From NCBI GenBank assembly GCA_905480105.1, contig CAJQPC010000032.1, positions 827-64,826 on the forward strand: DNA of 64,000 nt, in the 5' to 3' direction. The translations under genes were made by a program, and so were the position numbers. Source of the stretch: an uncultured bacterium (lineage in GTDB: Bacteria; Myxococcota_A; UBA796; CAJQPC01). Every line of letters starts with the position of its first letter. Positions within the stretch are counted from its first letter, which is position 1. The notes under the pieces are model-generated. The model saw only the letters and a program-made list of their open reading frames with translations, did not search any database and had not been told where the DNA came from. Below are positions 8,605 to 17,604 of this stretch, one piece after another.

Positions 8605-10026
8605 TTATTGCTCGCCCGCGACAACCAGCTCCAAAAGCTCAGCGGGCAGCTGCCCCGTGCGCTGGAAGTGCCGCATATACAAGATGGGCTCGGTGCCCAC
8701 CTGGGCCAAGCTGCGGCCACCGAGCTGCTCGGAATAGGCCTTGGGATGGTAGGGCGTCAGATCCTGGGAACCCATGGCCTGGAGCAGGGAAAACAGGCCC
8801 TCCAGCTCATTCATCTTCATGAAGGGACAGCTGGCGCAGCCTCCTGCCACAGAACAGCCTTCTCCTCCTGCAATCCCAGGCAAGATTCCCAGCGCGTCAC
8901 CGGTCTGGGCGACGGCGTCTTGGGCGACCGGGAAGATGATCTCCACCCCCAGGTCATCGCGTCCGCTCTCCGCCAAGAGATCCCGCACGGCCCGCACTAT
9001 GGCGGTGAGCATGCCGGACTCGGTGCCCAACACAAAGCGCAGGACCCTGGGCCCTTTTTCCTGGGCGGCTTCTGCGAGCTTGGCTTTGATGAAGTCCAGG
9101 ATGTTGGAGGTGCTGCCCACCACCCCGCGGCCTTGGGTCTGGGCACGGGCACCCAGGGCAAACATCTCACCAGGCACTTCGAGATGGGCGGTGATGTATG
9201 CGTCGGCGTAGTCCTCTTCCACCTGTCTGGCCACAGCGTCTCCAAACATGTGGTGCACCACACAGTTTCCGTTGGGGAACACATCAAAGCGGCTGGCCAG
9301 ATCCCGAACAGATGCCTGGTTGTGGGCCGGATGCAGGGCCTGGATCACCGCGTCGTCCTGGTCGGCCAGAGTACGGAAGAGCACTTCGAGGTTCTGGCCC
9401 ATGTAGGTGTCGGGGCCGTAGTGCACGCTCAGGTTGGGAATCTGGGTATCCGCCTGAAGGATGGTCTTGAGCACATTGGAGGAGGTGCAGGTGATGGTGG
9501 GCACCACCGCGTGGGCCTTGGCTTTTACGTCCAACCCGGTGTTGATGTAGATGACATGCAGCGCGTTGTCATTCTTGGCCGCCTTGTTCAGCCAGGCCCG
9601 GTAGGCCGGCCCCTGTGCACTCTCGGCAAGCGAGCACCCAATGTCCTGTTCGGCCAAGCGATACACCGGAACATCCGCATGTCCAGCATGGTCCATCACG
9701 GCCCGCACATTCTCCGACATGAAATCCACGCCCAACACGAACACCGCCTTGGCGCCTGCCGCCGCCATTCGAACCGCAGCATCCGCCATGGCCAGCGAGT
9801 CGGAGATGAAGATGTGGGGCCAGTCACAGGCAGTCAGCACGCCCTGGAGCTCCGCGTCCATGTAGAAGTGCGCGACCACCCCGGCATTCTTGGCTTCCAG
9901 CAACGCCCGCAGCTCCGAGACCACCTGGGGGTCAGGGTTCAGGAAGGTCGCCTGGTTCACGGCAAAGGTGCCCTGAGCTTGAAAGCTGTCGGCGCGGATC
10001 ACAAGGGACGGGAAGGGCTGGCGCAT
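8605..10026 (-). CDS. nadA: Quinolinate synthase NadA (long form with C-terminal extension)
   Basis: GVDFMSENVRA, VVHHMFG and CPFMKMN motifs. Start set at the ATG at 10026, which has GGAG about 9 nt upstream. Confidence 0.85.
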   Translation of the reverse strand: MRQPFPSLVIRADSFQAQGTFAVNQATFLNPDPQVVSELRALLEAKNAGVVAHFYMDAELQGVLTACDWPHIFISDSLAMADAAVRMAAAGAKAVFVLGVDFMSENVRAVMDHAGHADVPVYRLAEQDIGCSLAESAQGPAYRAWLNKAAKNDNALHVIYINTGLDVKAKAHAVVPTITCTSSNVLKTILQADTQIPNLSVHYGPDTYMGQNLEVLFRTLADQDDAVIQALHPAHNQASVRDLASRFDVFPNGNCVVHHMFGDAVARQVEEDYADAYITAHLEVPGEMFALGARAQTQGRGVVGSTSNILDFIKAKLAEAAQEKGPRVLRFVLGTESGMLTAIVRAVRDLLAESGRDDLGVEIIFPVAQDAVAQTGDALGILPGIAGGEGCSVAGGCASCPFMKMNELEGLFSLLQAMGSQDLTPYHPKAYSEQLGGRSLAQVGTEPILYMRHFQRTGQLPAELLELVVAGEQ

Positions 10027-10171
10027 ACAAGGTCTCCAACATGCGGCAAGCATATCCGCCTGAAGGAATGCGGGAAGAGCCTGACCGAGACAGGCTACGG
10101 TGGAAGGAGCGGCCACCTACTGCCTCCATCCCCCGTGTGGCCTGGATCCCCTGGAGCCCCTACACCGCAGC

Positions 10172-11497
10172 ATGACCGACGCTCACGCCACCGGACCCAG
10201 CCACCGCGACATCGTCCGGCTCTCCCTGCCGCTGATCGCCAGCAACCTGACCGTGCCGCTCATCGGGTTGGTGGACACCGCGGTTGCAGGCCACCTGCCA
10301 CAGGCCAGCGTGTTGGCCGCTGTGGCGGCGGCAAGCGCCGTCTCCAGCGTCGTTCTCATTGGGCTCAACTTCCTGCGGATGTCCACCAGCGGACTCACTG
10401 CACAGGCCCACGGTGCCCAGGACCCGGGCCAGACCTGGCTTGTTTTCTTCCGCAGCGCCATCCTGGCCCTGGCCCTCGCTGGGATCCTGGTGCTCGCGCG
10501 CTATGCCATCGCCAGTGTCGGGATCTCGCTGATCGCGCCGCCCGGGGAAGTCGCGGCTCTGGCCAAGGAGTACCTGCACATTCGCCTGCTCGGTGCGCCC
10601 CTCACCCTGCTGAGCATGGTCAGCATGGGCTTTTTTATTGGAGTCGGCCGGCCAAAAATCGCGCTGATCATGACCATCGCGAGCAACCTGGTAAACGTCG
10701 GCTTGGACCTGCTGCTTGTGCCTGGACTGGGCTGGGGCGTGAGCGGGCTGGCCTGGGCGACCATCGGTGGCGAGCTGGCCGCCGTGCTCTCCGCGCTTCC
10801 ATTTCTAGTGCAGCGATGGCGGGCCGACACCGTCATCCTGGACACCCAGGCCCTCTGGAACGCACCGGCCTGGCGCAAGCTGCTCTCGGGCAACGCTGAC
10901 CTGTGGATTCGCACCCTCTGTCTCACGGGCAGCTTCGCCGTTTTTGCACGCCAGGCTGCACAGCTCGGCGAGACCGCATTGGCCGCCAACGCCGTGCTGC
11001 TGCAGTTGCAGGCCCTGATGTCCTACGGACTCGACGGCTTTGCCAACGCCGCCGAGGTCCTGGTTGGTCAGGCCCTGGGCGCACGCGACGGCCCACGCAC
11101 CAAACGCGCCATCCGCCTGGCCATGCAGTGGTCCCTGGGGCTGGCTCTACTCTTCTCCGCGCTCTTCGCTTTGGGGGGCCACCCCATCGTGGCACTCATG
11201 ACGGATTTGCCCGAGATCCGCTTGGCCACCGCATCCCTGATGCCCTGGATGGTACTCAGTCCTCTGATCAGCGTCTGGGCCTTTACCTACGACGGTATCT
11301 TTATTGGCGGGACCTGGACCCGCTCCATGCGGAACAGCGTTGCGGCGGCGGCTGTCACATTTTGCGTGGCTGTTTGGGCGCTGCAGGGGCCTTTCGGACA
11401 GCACGGTCTATGGGCGGCATTCCTGATGTTCTTTGCGGTCCGCGGGATCTGGTTGGCTGTGGCTCTGCGGGGGAAGGTGGATGCAGCGGTGGGCTGA
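10172..11497 (+). CDS. MATE-family efflux transporter (DinF-like)
   Basis: IVRLSLPLIASNLTVPLIGLVDTAVAGHL N-terminal signature. About 12 TM segments. Start set at the internal ATG at 10172. Confidence 0.85.
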   Translation: MTDAHATGPSHRDIVRLSLPLIASNLTVPLIGLVDTAVAGHLPQASVLAAVAAASAVSSVVLIGLNFLRMSTSGLTAQAHGAQDPGQTWLVFFRSAILALALAGILVLARYAIASVGISLIAPPGEVAALAKEYLHIRLLGAPLTLLSMVSMGFFIGVGRPKIALIMTIASNLVNVGLDLLLVPGLGWGVSGLAWATIGGELAAVLSALPFLVQRWRADTVILDTQALWNAPAWRKLLSGNADLWIRTLCLTGSFAVFARQAAQLGETALAANAVLLQLQALMSYGLDGFANAAEVLVGQALGARDGPRTKRAIRLAMQWSLGLALLFSALFALGGHPIVALMTDLPEIRLATASLMPWMVLSPLISVWAFTYDGIFIGGTWTRSMRNSVAAAAVTFCVAVWALQGPFGQHGLWAAFLMFFAVRGIWLAVALRGKVDAAVG

Positions 11498-11663
11498 GCG
11501 ACTTTAGACCGCTGCGACCCGCTCCGAACCCGAAGGACAGGTCGATCGGTGGTTTGGCCGAAACAATCTCAAAATCGCGTCCGTCGCTCCAGCGTGTCGG
11601 CGCTCCCTGGAGCTTTTGATTAAGATGTCTCTCATAGCCATCTTAAAATCAAGGCAATGAACA

Positions 11664-12086
11664 ATGCGCGTCCTTCTTTTGTTGGTCCTATGCCTGCCAG
11701 CCTTGGCGGGTTCCTCGATGACGATCCGAAACTCGTCCAACTCTACAGTCGGCAAAATCGAGTCCAACGGCACCATCCGGAACAGCTCAAACTCCACCCT
11801 TGGCCGCATCGAGTCCGACGGCACCGTGCGGAACTCATCCAACTCCACGTTGGGGCGCGTTCAGTCTGATGGCACGATCAGGAACTCGTCCAACTCGACG
11901 ATCGGTAAAATCGAGTCTGACGGCACGATGAGAAACGCGTCCAACTCTACCGTGGGCCGCTTTGATGGTTGCACAGTAAGAAACTCATCCAACTCAGCCA
12001 GAGGCAAGTTCGAAGGCTGCACCAGCGCTGACTACCAAACGATGGCAGCCGTCGTGTTCTTCTTTATGCCGCTTCATAACCAGTAG
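11664..12086 (+). CDS. Secreted repeat protein (six 16-17-aa GT[IV]RNSSNST-x-G repeats)
   Basis: Signal peptide MRVLLLLVLCLPALAGSS followed by TIRNSSNSTVGKIESNG-type repeats. The locus has visibly lower GC than its neighbours. Confidence 0.65.
   Translation: MRVLLLLVLCLPALAGSSMTIRNSSNSTVGKIESNGTIRNSSNSTLGRIESDGTVRNSSNSTLGRVQSDGTIRNSSNSTIGKIESDGTMRNASNSTVGRFDGCTVRNSSNSARGKFEGCTSADYQTMAAVVFFFMPLHNQ
11721..12020. repeat. Tandem coding repeat: 4 x 51 bp plus 2 x 48 bp
   Basis: The period was checked by coordinates (11721 to 11772 is 51 nt). The copies differ mainly at synonymous positions. Confidence 0.85.
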
Positions 12087-12343
12087 TGATCTCCGTCACG
12101 CAGGTCTGAGCGCTCCGGTCGCGCTGCCGGCCTTTCCCTTCGGGGTCCGTGGAACCTTTGTCCGGTGAACTTGACCGGAGCGCAGCCCGACAAGGGCCTG
12201 GCCGCCGGTGGTACCCGGTCGACCTCTGTCCGCACGAGCTGCTCGAGCAGGCCTAAGACACCTTTGGGCAGACAGACTCAGCGACCCCAGAACCCAAGGT
12301 ATCGCTGCTTGTACGCCCCTGCCTGAGTCGCTCTAATCTGAGT

Positions 12344-13987
12344 TTAGACCGCTGCAGCCTGCTCTACATCGACCACAACGCTGCGGTCCAGCGCCGCCAT
12401 AGCCCGCCCATCACTGTCCCCAAACGCCTCCTTGTAGTCCGCGAACCGGCCACCCGCCTGAACCGCGTCGTACAGCGCCATGCCTTCTTTCGCGCCACCT
12501 TGGGCCAAGATGGCCTCGACCCAGGCCCACCTGGCAGAAGTCGACCGCACATCCACCTTGCCGCGCAGGGCTTTCTGTATGTACTTCAAGCGTTTCTCTA
12601 CCACCTTGATCCCAGCAAAGCCGCTGCCAATCATGGGGGTGTTGAACTTGGGCACAAAGGGCGCGATGCCCAGAGCGGTGGGGTGGATGGCCGCCAGCTC
12701 CAGGGAGAAGCGCACCAGCTCTTCCAGATCCTCTTCACACTCGTCGGGCAGGCCGACCATCATGTAGACCTTGAGCACCTTGTACTTGTACTGGGAAGCC
12801 AGCTCGGCACAGCGGTGTAGGTGGCGTTCGACAGTGCCTTTGCTGATCGTGCGACGCAGACGCTGGCTTGCCGCATCCGAGGCCACGGTGAGCGTCTTGT
12901 AGCCGCCCTCGCGCAGCAAGCGGGCAATGTCTGGTTTGAGAGAGACCCGGTCCGCACGCAGGGAGCTGATGCCAATGCCCTTGCCAGCATCGACGAGCGC
13001 CTGGAGCAGGGGAACCAGCTTGGGGTGGTCGGATATCGCCGCACCGACCAAGCCTACGCGCTTGGCATAGTCCGGGACAAAGCTCAGGATGCGCTCGGGA
13101 GAAACCAGGCGCATGCCGCCGTTGGTGGAGCGGCGCATCACACAGAAGGAACAAGAGCGGTGACAGCCGCGCTCGCCTTCCAGCAGAAACATGTTCCGCA
13201 GCTCAGCGTTCGGCGTGACGATGCGCGAGCGGGCGGGCAGCATCAGATCGCTGGCTTTGGCCACAGGGGGCAAGACAATGCGGCCAAAGGGGTCCGAGCA
13301 GCGCTCGGGCACAAAGCCACCGGCTAGGGTCTCGATGGTGTCGAGCCAAGCTTCCCGCGTATCGGAGAGCCCACTGTCCACGGCGGCAGCGACCACTTCT
13401 TCCGACTCACCCAGCAACATGGCGTCGACAAAAGGTGTGGCCGGTAGAGGATTCGAGAAGGTCAGCGGACCACCCATCAAGATGCGGGGATCCTTCTCAC
13501 TGCGGTGCTTTCGCAGAGGCGGAATGCCTGCCAACTCAAAGGCGGTGATCAGGCCGGCCAGCTCCAGCTCGTAGGCCACCGAGATCCCGATGACCGCGAA
13601 CTCGTTGACCGGGGTCTGGGTCTCGTAGCTGAGCAGAGGGGTGCGGCTCTTGCGCCAAGCGTCCGGGTCGTCGGGCAAAAAAGCCCGCTCCACCGAGTAT
13701 CCAGCGTCCACAAGCACGTTGTGGATCCACTGAAAGCCCAGGCTGGACATGCCCACCCGATAGGGACTCGGGTAGAGCAGACACACCCGTCGCGGCCCCT
13801 CTTCGAAGGGTGGCCCGATTTCATCGGCCAGGTGGGCGCGGATGGCTTGGATGTGCTGCCAGGACAAAGAAGGGCTCCGGGGGCAAGAGACTATCCGGTT
13901 GGCCGACCTCCCGTGACAGAGCCACGAAAGACACAGCCGCTCCAGTCTCCAACCAGGACAGCAGCGCCGCGATCCCGCACACGTCAC
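12344..13987 (-). CDS. Radical SAM protein with B12-binding-like N-terminal domain (resembles the TIGR03960-type family)
   Basis: CxxxCxxC cluster motif GCHRSCSFCVM. N-terminal VCLLYPSPYRVGMSSLGFQWIHNVL. The start is uncertain because the N-terminal about 45 aa of the ORF look non-native. Confidence 0.8.
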   Translation of the reverse strand: MTCAGSRRCCPGWRLERLCLSWLCHGRSANRIVSCPRSPSLSWQHIQAIRAHLADEIGPPFEEGPRRVCLLYPSPYRVGMSSLGFQWIHNVLVDAGYSVERAFLPDDPDAWRKSRTPLLSYETQTPVNEFAVIGISVAYELELAGLITAFELAGIPPLRKHRSEKDPRILMGGPLTFSNPLPATPFVDAMLLGESEEVVAAAVDSGLSDTREAWLDTIETLAGGFVPERCSDPFGRIVLPPVAKASDLMLPARSRIVTPNAELRNMFLLEGERGCHRSCSFCVMRRSTNGGMRLVSPERILSFVPDYAKRVGLVGAAISDHPKLVPLLQALVDAGKGIGISSLRADRVSLKPDIARLLREGGYKTLTVASDAASQRLRRTISKGTVERHLHRCAELASQYKYKVLKVYMMVGLPDECEEDLEELVRFSLELAAIHPTALGIAPFVPKFNTPMIGSGFAGIKVVEKRLKYIQKALRGKVDVRSTSARWAWVEAILAQGGAKEGMALYDAVQAGGRFADYKEAFGDSDGRAMAALDRSVVVDVEQAAAV

Positions 13988-14078
13988 AATCGTCCGCTCC
14001 CCCTACTCTCTCCCTCTCATGCACCTGGTTTGGCGCTGGCATGATTCCTGCTATCCTTATCTCACCAGGAGATGAATC

Positions 14079-14417
14079 ATGACCCCTTGTCCACACTGCG
14101 ACTGCCACCTCATCCACTCTCCAAACACGTGCCCACACTGCGGTGAGAGCCTGCGAGGCCCCATCGGCAAGCTGCTCAAGGTCGTCGGCGCGGGGGCGAC
14201 CATGATCGTGCTGGCGGCCTGCTACGGACCAGGCGGCTTTGTCGACACCGCCAACGACACGGGACTACCGGACACCGACATGGACGGCGACCCAGACGCG
14301 ACGGACTGTGCACCCGAGGATCCCGCGATCTTCAACGAGGCGGACGAGATCTGCAACGACGCCATCGACAACGACTGCGACACACGGGTCGATGCCGACG
14401 ACGAGGAATGCACCTGA
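14079..14417 (+). CDS. Small zinc-ribbon / lipobox / Cys-Asp-rich (MopE-like motif) protein
   Basis: CPHCDC...CPHCG zinc ribbon. Hydrophobic segment ending in IVLAAC. Tail DCAPEDPAIFNEADEICNDAIDNDCDTRVDADDEEC. Confidence 0.6.
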   Translation: MTPCPHCDCHLIHSPNTCPHCGESLRGPIGKLLKVVGAGATMIVLAACYGPGGFVDTANDTGLPDTDMDGDPDATDCAPEDPAIFNEADEICNDAIDNDCDTRVDADDEECT

Positions 14418-14420
14418 GTC

Positions 14421-15605
14421 ATGTCCACGCCCGAGATCGGCCGTCACTCTCCCCGACGCATCGACCCAAAAGAGACTTTCGCACCACTTTATGTGGTGTG
14501 GGAACTGACTCTAAAGTGTGATCTGGCGTGCCGTCACTGCGGCAGTCGGGCCGGAAAAGCCCGTCAGGCAGAACTCTCCATGGACGAGGCCAGGGATGTG
14601 GTCGCGCAGCTCGCCGAACTGGGAACCCGAGAGCTGGCCTTTATCGGTGGAGAAGCCTATCTTTACCCTGAGTGGCTAGCGATCGTCTCCGCAGCGCGGG
14701 ACGCTGGAATTCGACCCACAATGACCTCGGGAGCGCGGGCTCTGGATGCTGAGATGTGCCAGCGGGCCGCCGATTCTGGGCTCGAGGCCATCAGTGTCAG
14801 TGTGGATGGATTGCAGGAGACCCACGACACCCTGCGTGCGGTCAAAGGCAGCTACCAGGCCTGCATCGACGCCCTGGGCCACATTCGCGCGGCGGGCATG
14901 CAGCCCTTTGCCAACACCCAGATCAACCGGCTGAACCTGCATGAGTTGCCCGAGCTGACCGCCGTGCTGGAAGACGCCGGCATCCTGTGCTGGCAGGTGC
15001 AGCTCACTGGCCCCATGGGACGCGCTGCGGACCGTCCCGAGTGGCTGCTTCAGCCCTACGAAATGCTGGAAGCGTTCGAGGTCGTGGGCCCCCTGGCCAA
15101 GGCCATGACGAAGCGGGGAGTCGTCGTAAACGCCGGGAACAACCTGGGCTACTACGGACCCTATGAGAGATGGATCCGACGGGAGCCCTACGGCGGCTGC
15201 GCGGCGGGCAGACACGTGCTTGGGATCGAGGCCAACGGCGACATCAAGGGCTGCCCCAGCTTGCCCAGTGGCCCCTACGTGGGTGCCAACCTGCGGGACC
15301 ACGACCTGGCGACCATCTGGCGCGAGAACAGCCGGGTGGCCTTTGCCCGAGACCGGGGCACCACCGAGCTCTGGGGACGCTGTAAAGGCTGCTACTACGC
15401 CCAGGTCTGCAAGGGCGGCTGCTCGTGGACTGCACACGCCGCTCTGGGAAAGCGCGGCAACATGCCCTGGTGTCACCACCGCGCCATCCAAGCCAAGAAA
15501 GAGGGACGCCGAGAGCGCCTGGAGCTCACCCAAGCGGCCCCCGGAGATCCCTTCGACTTTGCACAGTTCAAGCTGATCGAAGAGGACTGGCCCAGCCAGG
15601 GCTGA
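14421..15605 (+). CDS. Radical SAM / SPASM-domain enzyme
   Basis: VWELTLKCDLACRHCGS (CX3CX2C). C-terminal Cys cluster GCAAG...IKGCPS...GRCKGCYYAQVCKGGCSW is typical of a SPASM domain. The ATG lies 3 nt after the upstream stop. Confidence 0.85.
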   Translation: MSTPEIGRHSPRRIDPKETFAPLYVVWELTLKCDLACRHCGSRAGKARQAELSMDEARDVVAQLAELGTRELAFIGGEAYLYPEWLAIVSAARDAGIRPTMTSGARALDAEMCQRAADSGLEAISVSVDGLQETHDTLRAVKGSYQACIDALGHIRAAGMQPFANTQINRLNLHELPELTAVLEDAGILCWQVQLTGPMGRAADRPEWLLQPYEMLEAFEVVGPLAKAMTKRGVVVNAGNNLGYYGPYERWIRREPYGGCAAGRHVLGIEANGDIKGCPSLPSGPYVGANLRDHDLATIWRENSRVAFARDRGTTELWGRCKGCYYAQVCKGGCSWTAHAALGKRGNMPWCHHRAIQAKKEGRRERLELTQAAPGDPFDFAQFKLIEEDWPSQG

Positions 15606-15694
15606 CGCGAGGGGGGCTCACATGACCCGTGCAGCGATCGTGCTCTTCCGCTAAATCGGGACTACACAGCGAAAAAGAAGCTCTTGGAGGCTCC

Positions 15695-16213
15695 ATGCTG
15701 ATTTTGTCCCTGCTCGCCTGCGGCCTGACGACTATTTCTCTTGACGAGAGTGCCCAGACCGAAGTCCCAAAGGCGACTCTCGCGGAAATCCTCCTGGGAG
15801 ACATGGGCTTTGGTGACTTTGTGAGCATGGATCTGACGGAGTCCAGCGAGCTGGCCAACCAGGGCGTAGAGCCCGGTGATGTAGAAGATGTGCGCCTGAC
15901 CTACATGGAGATGGAGACCTTGACCCCACAGGGCGATGACCTGAGCTTCCTCAACGAGATGCGCATCTTTGTGGAGGGCCCGGAGCTGGAACGCCAAGAG
16001 CTGGCCTGGTCCGACGACTTTCCAGCGGGCGACAACGTGGTCGTCTTCACCCTCGAGGACGTTGACCTGACCCCCTACGCGGTCAGCCAGTCCATGACCT
16101 TCGACATCGAAGTCGACGCCTCCCGGCCAGAAAACGACACCTTGGTCGAAGCACGCTTTGGGGTCGACGTGCGCGTCACCGGCCAGGGAATCCGAAACAA
16201 CGCGCAGCGATGA
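15695..16213 (+). CDS. Hypothetical lipoprotein
   Basis: MLILSLLACG lipobox. GGAGG 5 nt upstream of the ATG at 15695. GC3-rich codons. Confidence 0.6.
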   Translation: MLILSLLACGLTTISLDESAQTEVPKATLAEILLGDMGFGDFVSMDLTESSELANQGVEPGDVEDVRLTYMEMETLTPQGDDLSFLNEMRIFVEGPELERQELAWSDDFPAGDNVVVFTLEDVDLTPYAVSQSMTFDIEVDASRPENDTLVEARFGVDVRVTGQGIRNNAQR

Positions 16214-16225
16214 GCCACCGGACGT

Positions 16226-16945
16226 GTGGTCGGGGGGTGTAGACTCGCAGCCATGTTGCTCTTGCTCGCCGCCACCGCTTTAGCCGACACCCAGACCCTT
16301 GAGTACGGGATCACCGCTGCCGGGCTCCCGGTGGGCACCCGCTCCCTCAAGATCACCTACCTGCCCGGGCCCCAGGGCGAGCAGCGCCTGCTGGAGTGCT
16401 ACACCGAGATCCCCATCGCGGGTTTCTCTCAGCGGGTCAGCGGGCTGTCCAGCGACAGCCTGCCCCCTGGGTTTTCAGCCAACAACGCCCAGTCAGGTGA
16501 GCGATGGGAAGTGCAGGCTGTGCGCAACAGCGGCGGTCTCCAAGTGCACTTTGTGGACGGCCGCGGCACCCAGAGCAGCCAGCTGGACTTCCACCAGGTC
16601 AACACGACCTCGCTGGCGCTGATGGATCCACAGCGTGCGCTGGGCCAAGCCAGCCAGCTGGACCTGCTCTCGGCGGAGACTGGAGAGATCCTCTCTGGCC
16701 CCCTGGTTCTGGTAGGCGGTGAACAGGTGCTGGTGGGTGGACAGAGCCTGGCTGCCCAGCACTACCTGTGGTCCCCGGATACGGGCCCGGTCCACCTGTT
16801 TTACGGAGAGCAAGGTGTGCTGCTCAAGACCCAGACCCGGGTCGCTGGACAAGCCGTGGAGCTCACCCTGACCCAGCTGCCCCAAACGCGCACCCTGGAG
16901 CTGAACCTGGACCTGGGTCCCGCCGTTCAGGAAGAGTCCCTCTGA
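16226..16945 (+). CDS. Hypothetical secreted protein
   Basis: Signal peptide ...RLAAMLLLLAATALA/DT. No recognised motif. An alternative ATG start exists at 16253. Confidence 0.6.
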   Translation: MVGGCRLAAMLLLLAATALADTQTLEYGITAAGLPVGTRSLKITYLPGPQGEQRLLECYTEIPIAGFSQRVSGLSSDSLPPGFSANNAQSGERWEVQAVRNSGGLQVHFVDGRGTQSSQLDFHQVNTTSLALMDPQRALGQASQLDLLSAETGEILSGPLVLVGGEQVLVGGQSLAAQHYLWSPDTGPVHLFYGEQGVLLKTQTRVAGQAVELTLTQLPQTRTLELNLDLGPAVQEESL

Positions 16946-16980
16946 ACCTCCTGGCAGGCGCCCGCCTAAACCAACTTCGA

Positions 16981-17604
16981 GTGGATTGGCACACCACCCC
17001 ATGGCGCGCCAAAAACCGCCCCAGCGCACTGCCAGGCCTACACGACGGCCACCTCGCCCGCCTGATGCGCGTAGACGGCCACACCCTGCACTTGCAGCCC
17101 ACAGGCTATTTTGACCACTGGGCCACCAACCTGCAGCAGCAGCCCCCCAGCGGGCCCGCAGCCGATCCCTTGGGCATCAACGCCCTGGTTTGGGATGTAG
17201 AAGGCAGCTTGGTGATCAACAAACGCGCCCCGAGTTTGGCCCTGCGTCCCGGTCAGCTCGCCCCAGGATTCTCCGGCGCCGTCGAGGCCAGAGATCTGCG
17301 GCCTGGCCCGTTGCACGACTGTGATCTGCTCCGTGAGCTGCGGGAGGAGCTGGGCCCCGTTCAGCCCACCCGCGTGCGATTGCTGGGCCTGGTTCGAGAG
17401 CAGGAGCGCCACGGCACCCCCGACCTGTTCCTGGAGTGTTGGCTGCCCGTTCCTGCCCGAGCGCTACCTGGCTCGGCCGAAGGGCAGGTCCTGGCTGTGA
17501 AGTCGGGACCTGAGATACAGCGTAGAGTGCAAGAATTGGGTGTGGTCTCCGTGCCCCTGAATACTGCGTGGGCCCTGCGCTCACGCCTGGAGACTCCCCA
17601 ATGA
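16981..17604 (+). CDS. NUDIX-like hydrolase (atypical Nudix box)
   Basis: RELREELG matches the REUxEExGU core, but the upstream G-x5-E part is irregular. The GTG start at 16981 was chosen to avoid overlap with the upstream gene and is a low-confidence start. Confidence 0.45.
   Translation: MDWHTTPWRAKNRPSALPGLHDGHLARLMRVDGHTLHLQPTGYFDHWATNLQQQPPSGPAADPLGINALVWDVEGSLVINKRAPSLALRPGQLAPGFSGAVEARDLRPGPLHDCDLLRELREELGPVQPTRVRLLGLVREQERHGTPDLFLECWLPVPARALPGSAEGQVLAVKSGPEIQRRVQELGVVSVPLNTAWALRSRLETPQ

Noticed and set aside
8536-10899. 787-aa plus-strand ORF spanning nadA and the start of the MATE gene
   Set aside because: The first part is antisense to nadA and the composition is low-complexity (R/G/H/P-rich). 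The real genes (nadA on the minus strand, MATE in another plus frame) account for the region.
11504-11848. 114-aa minus-strand ORF with its own internal repeats (ELDEFR...)
   Set aside because: Its repeats simply mirror the 51-bp repeats of the plus-strand secreted protein gene. It has no signal peptide or start context of its own.
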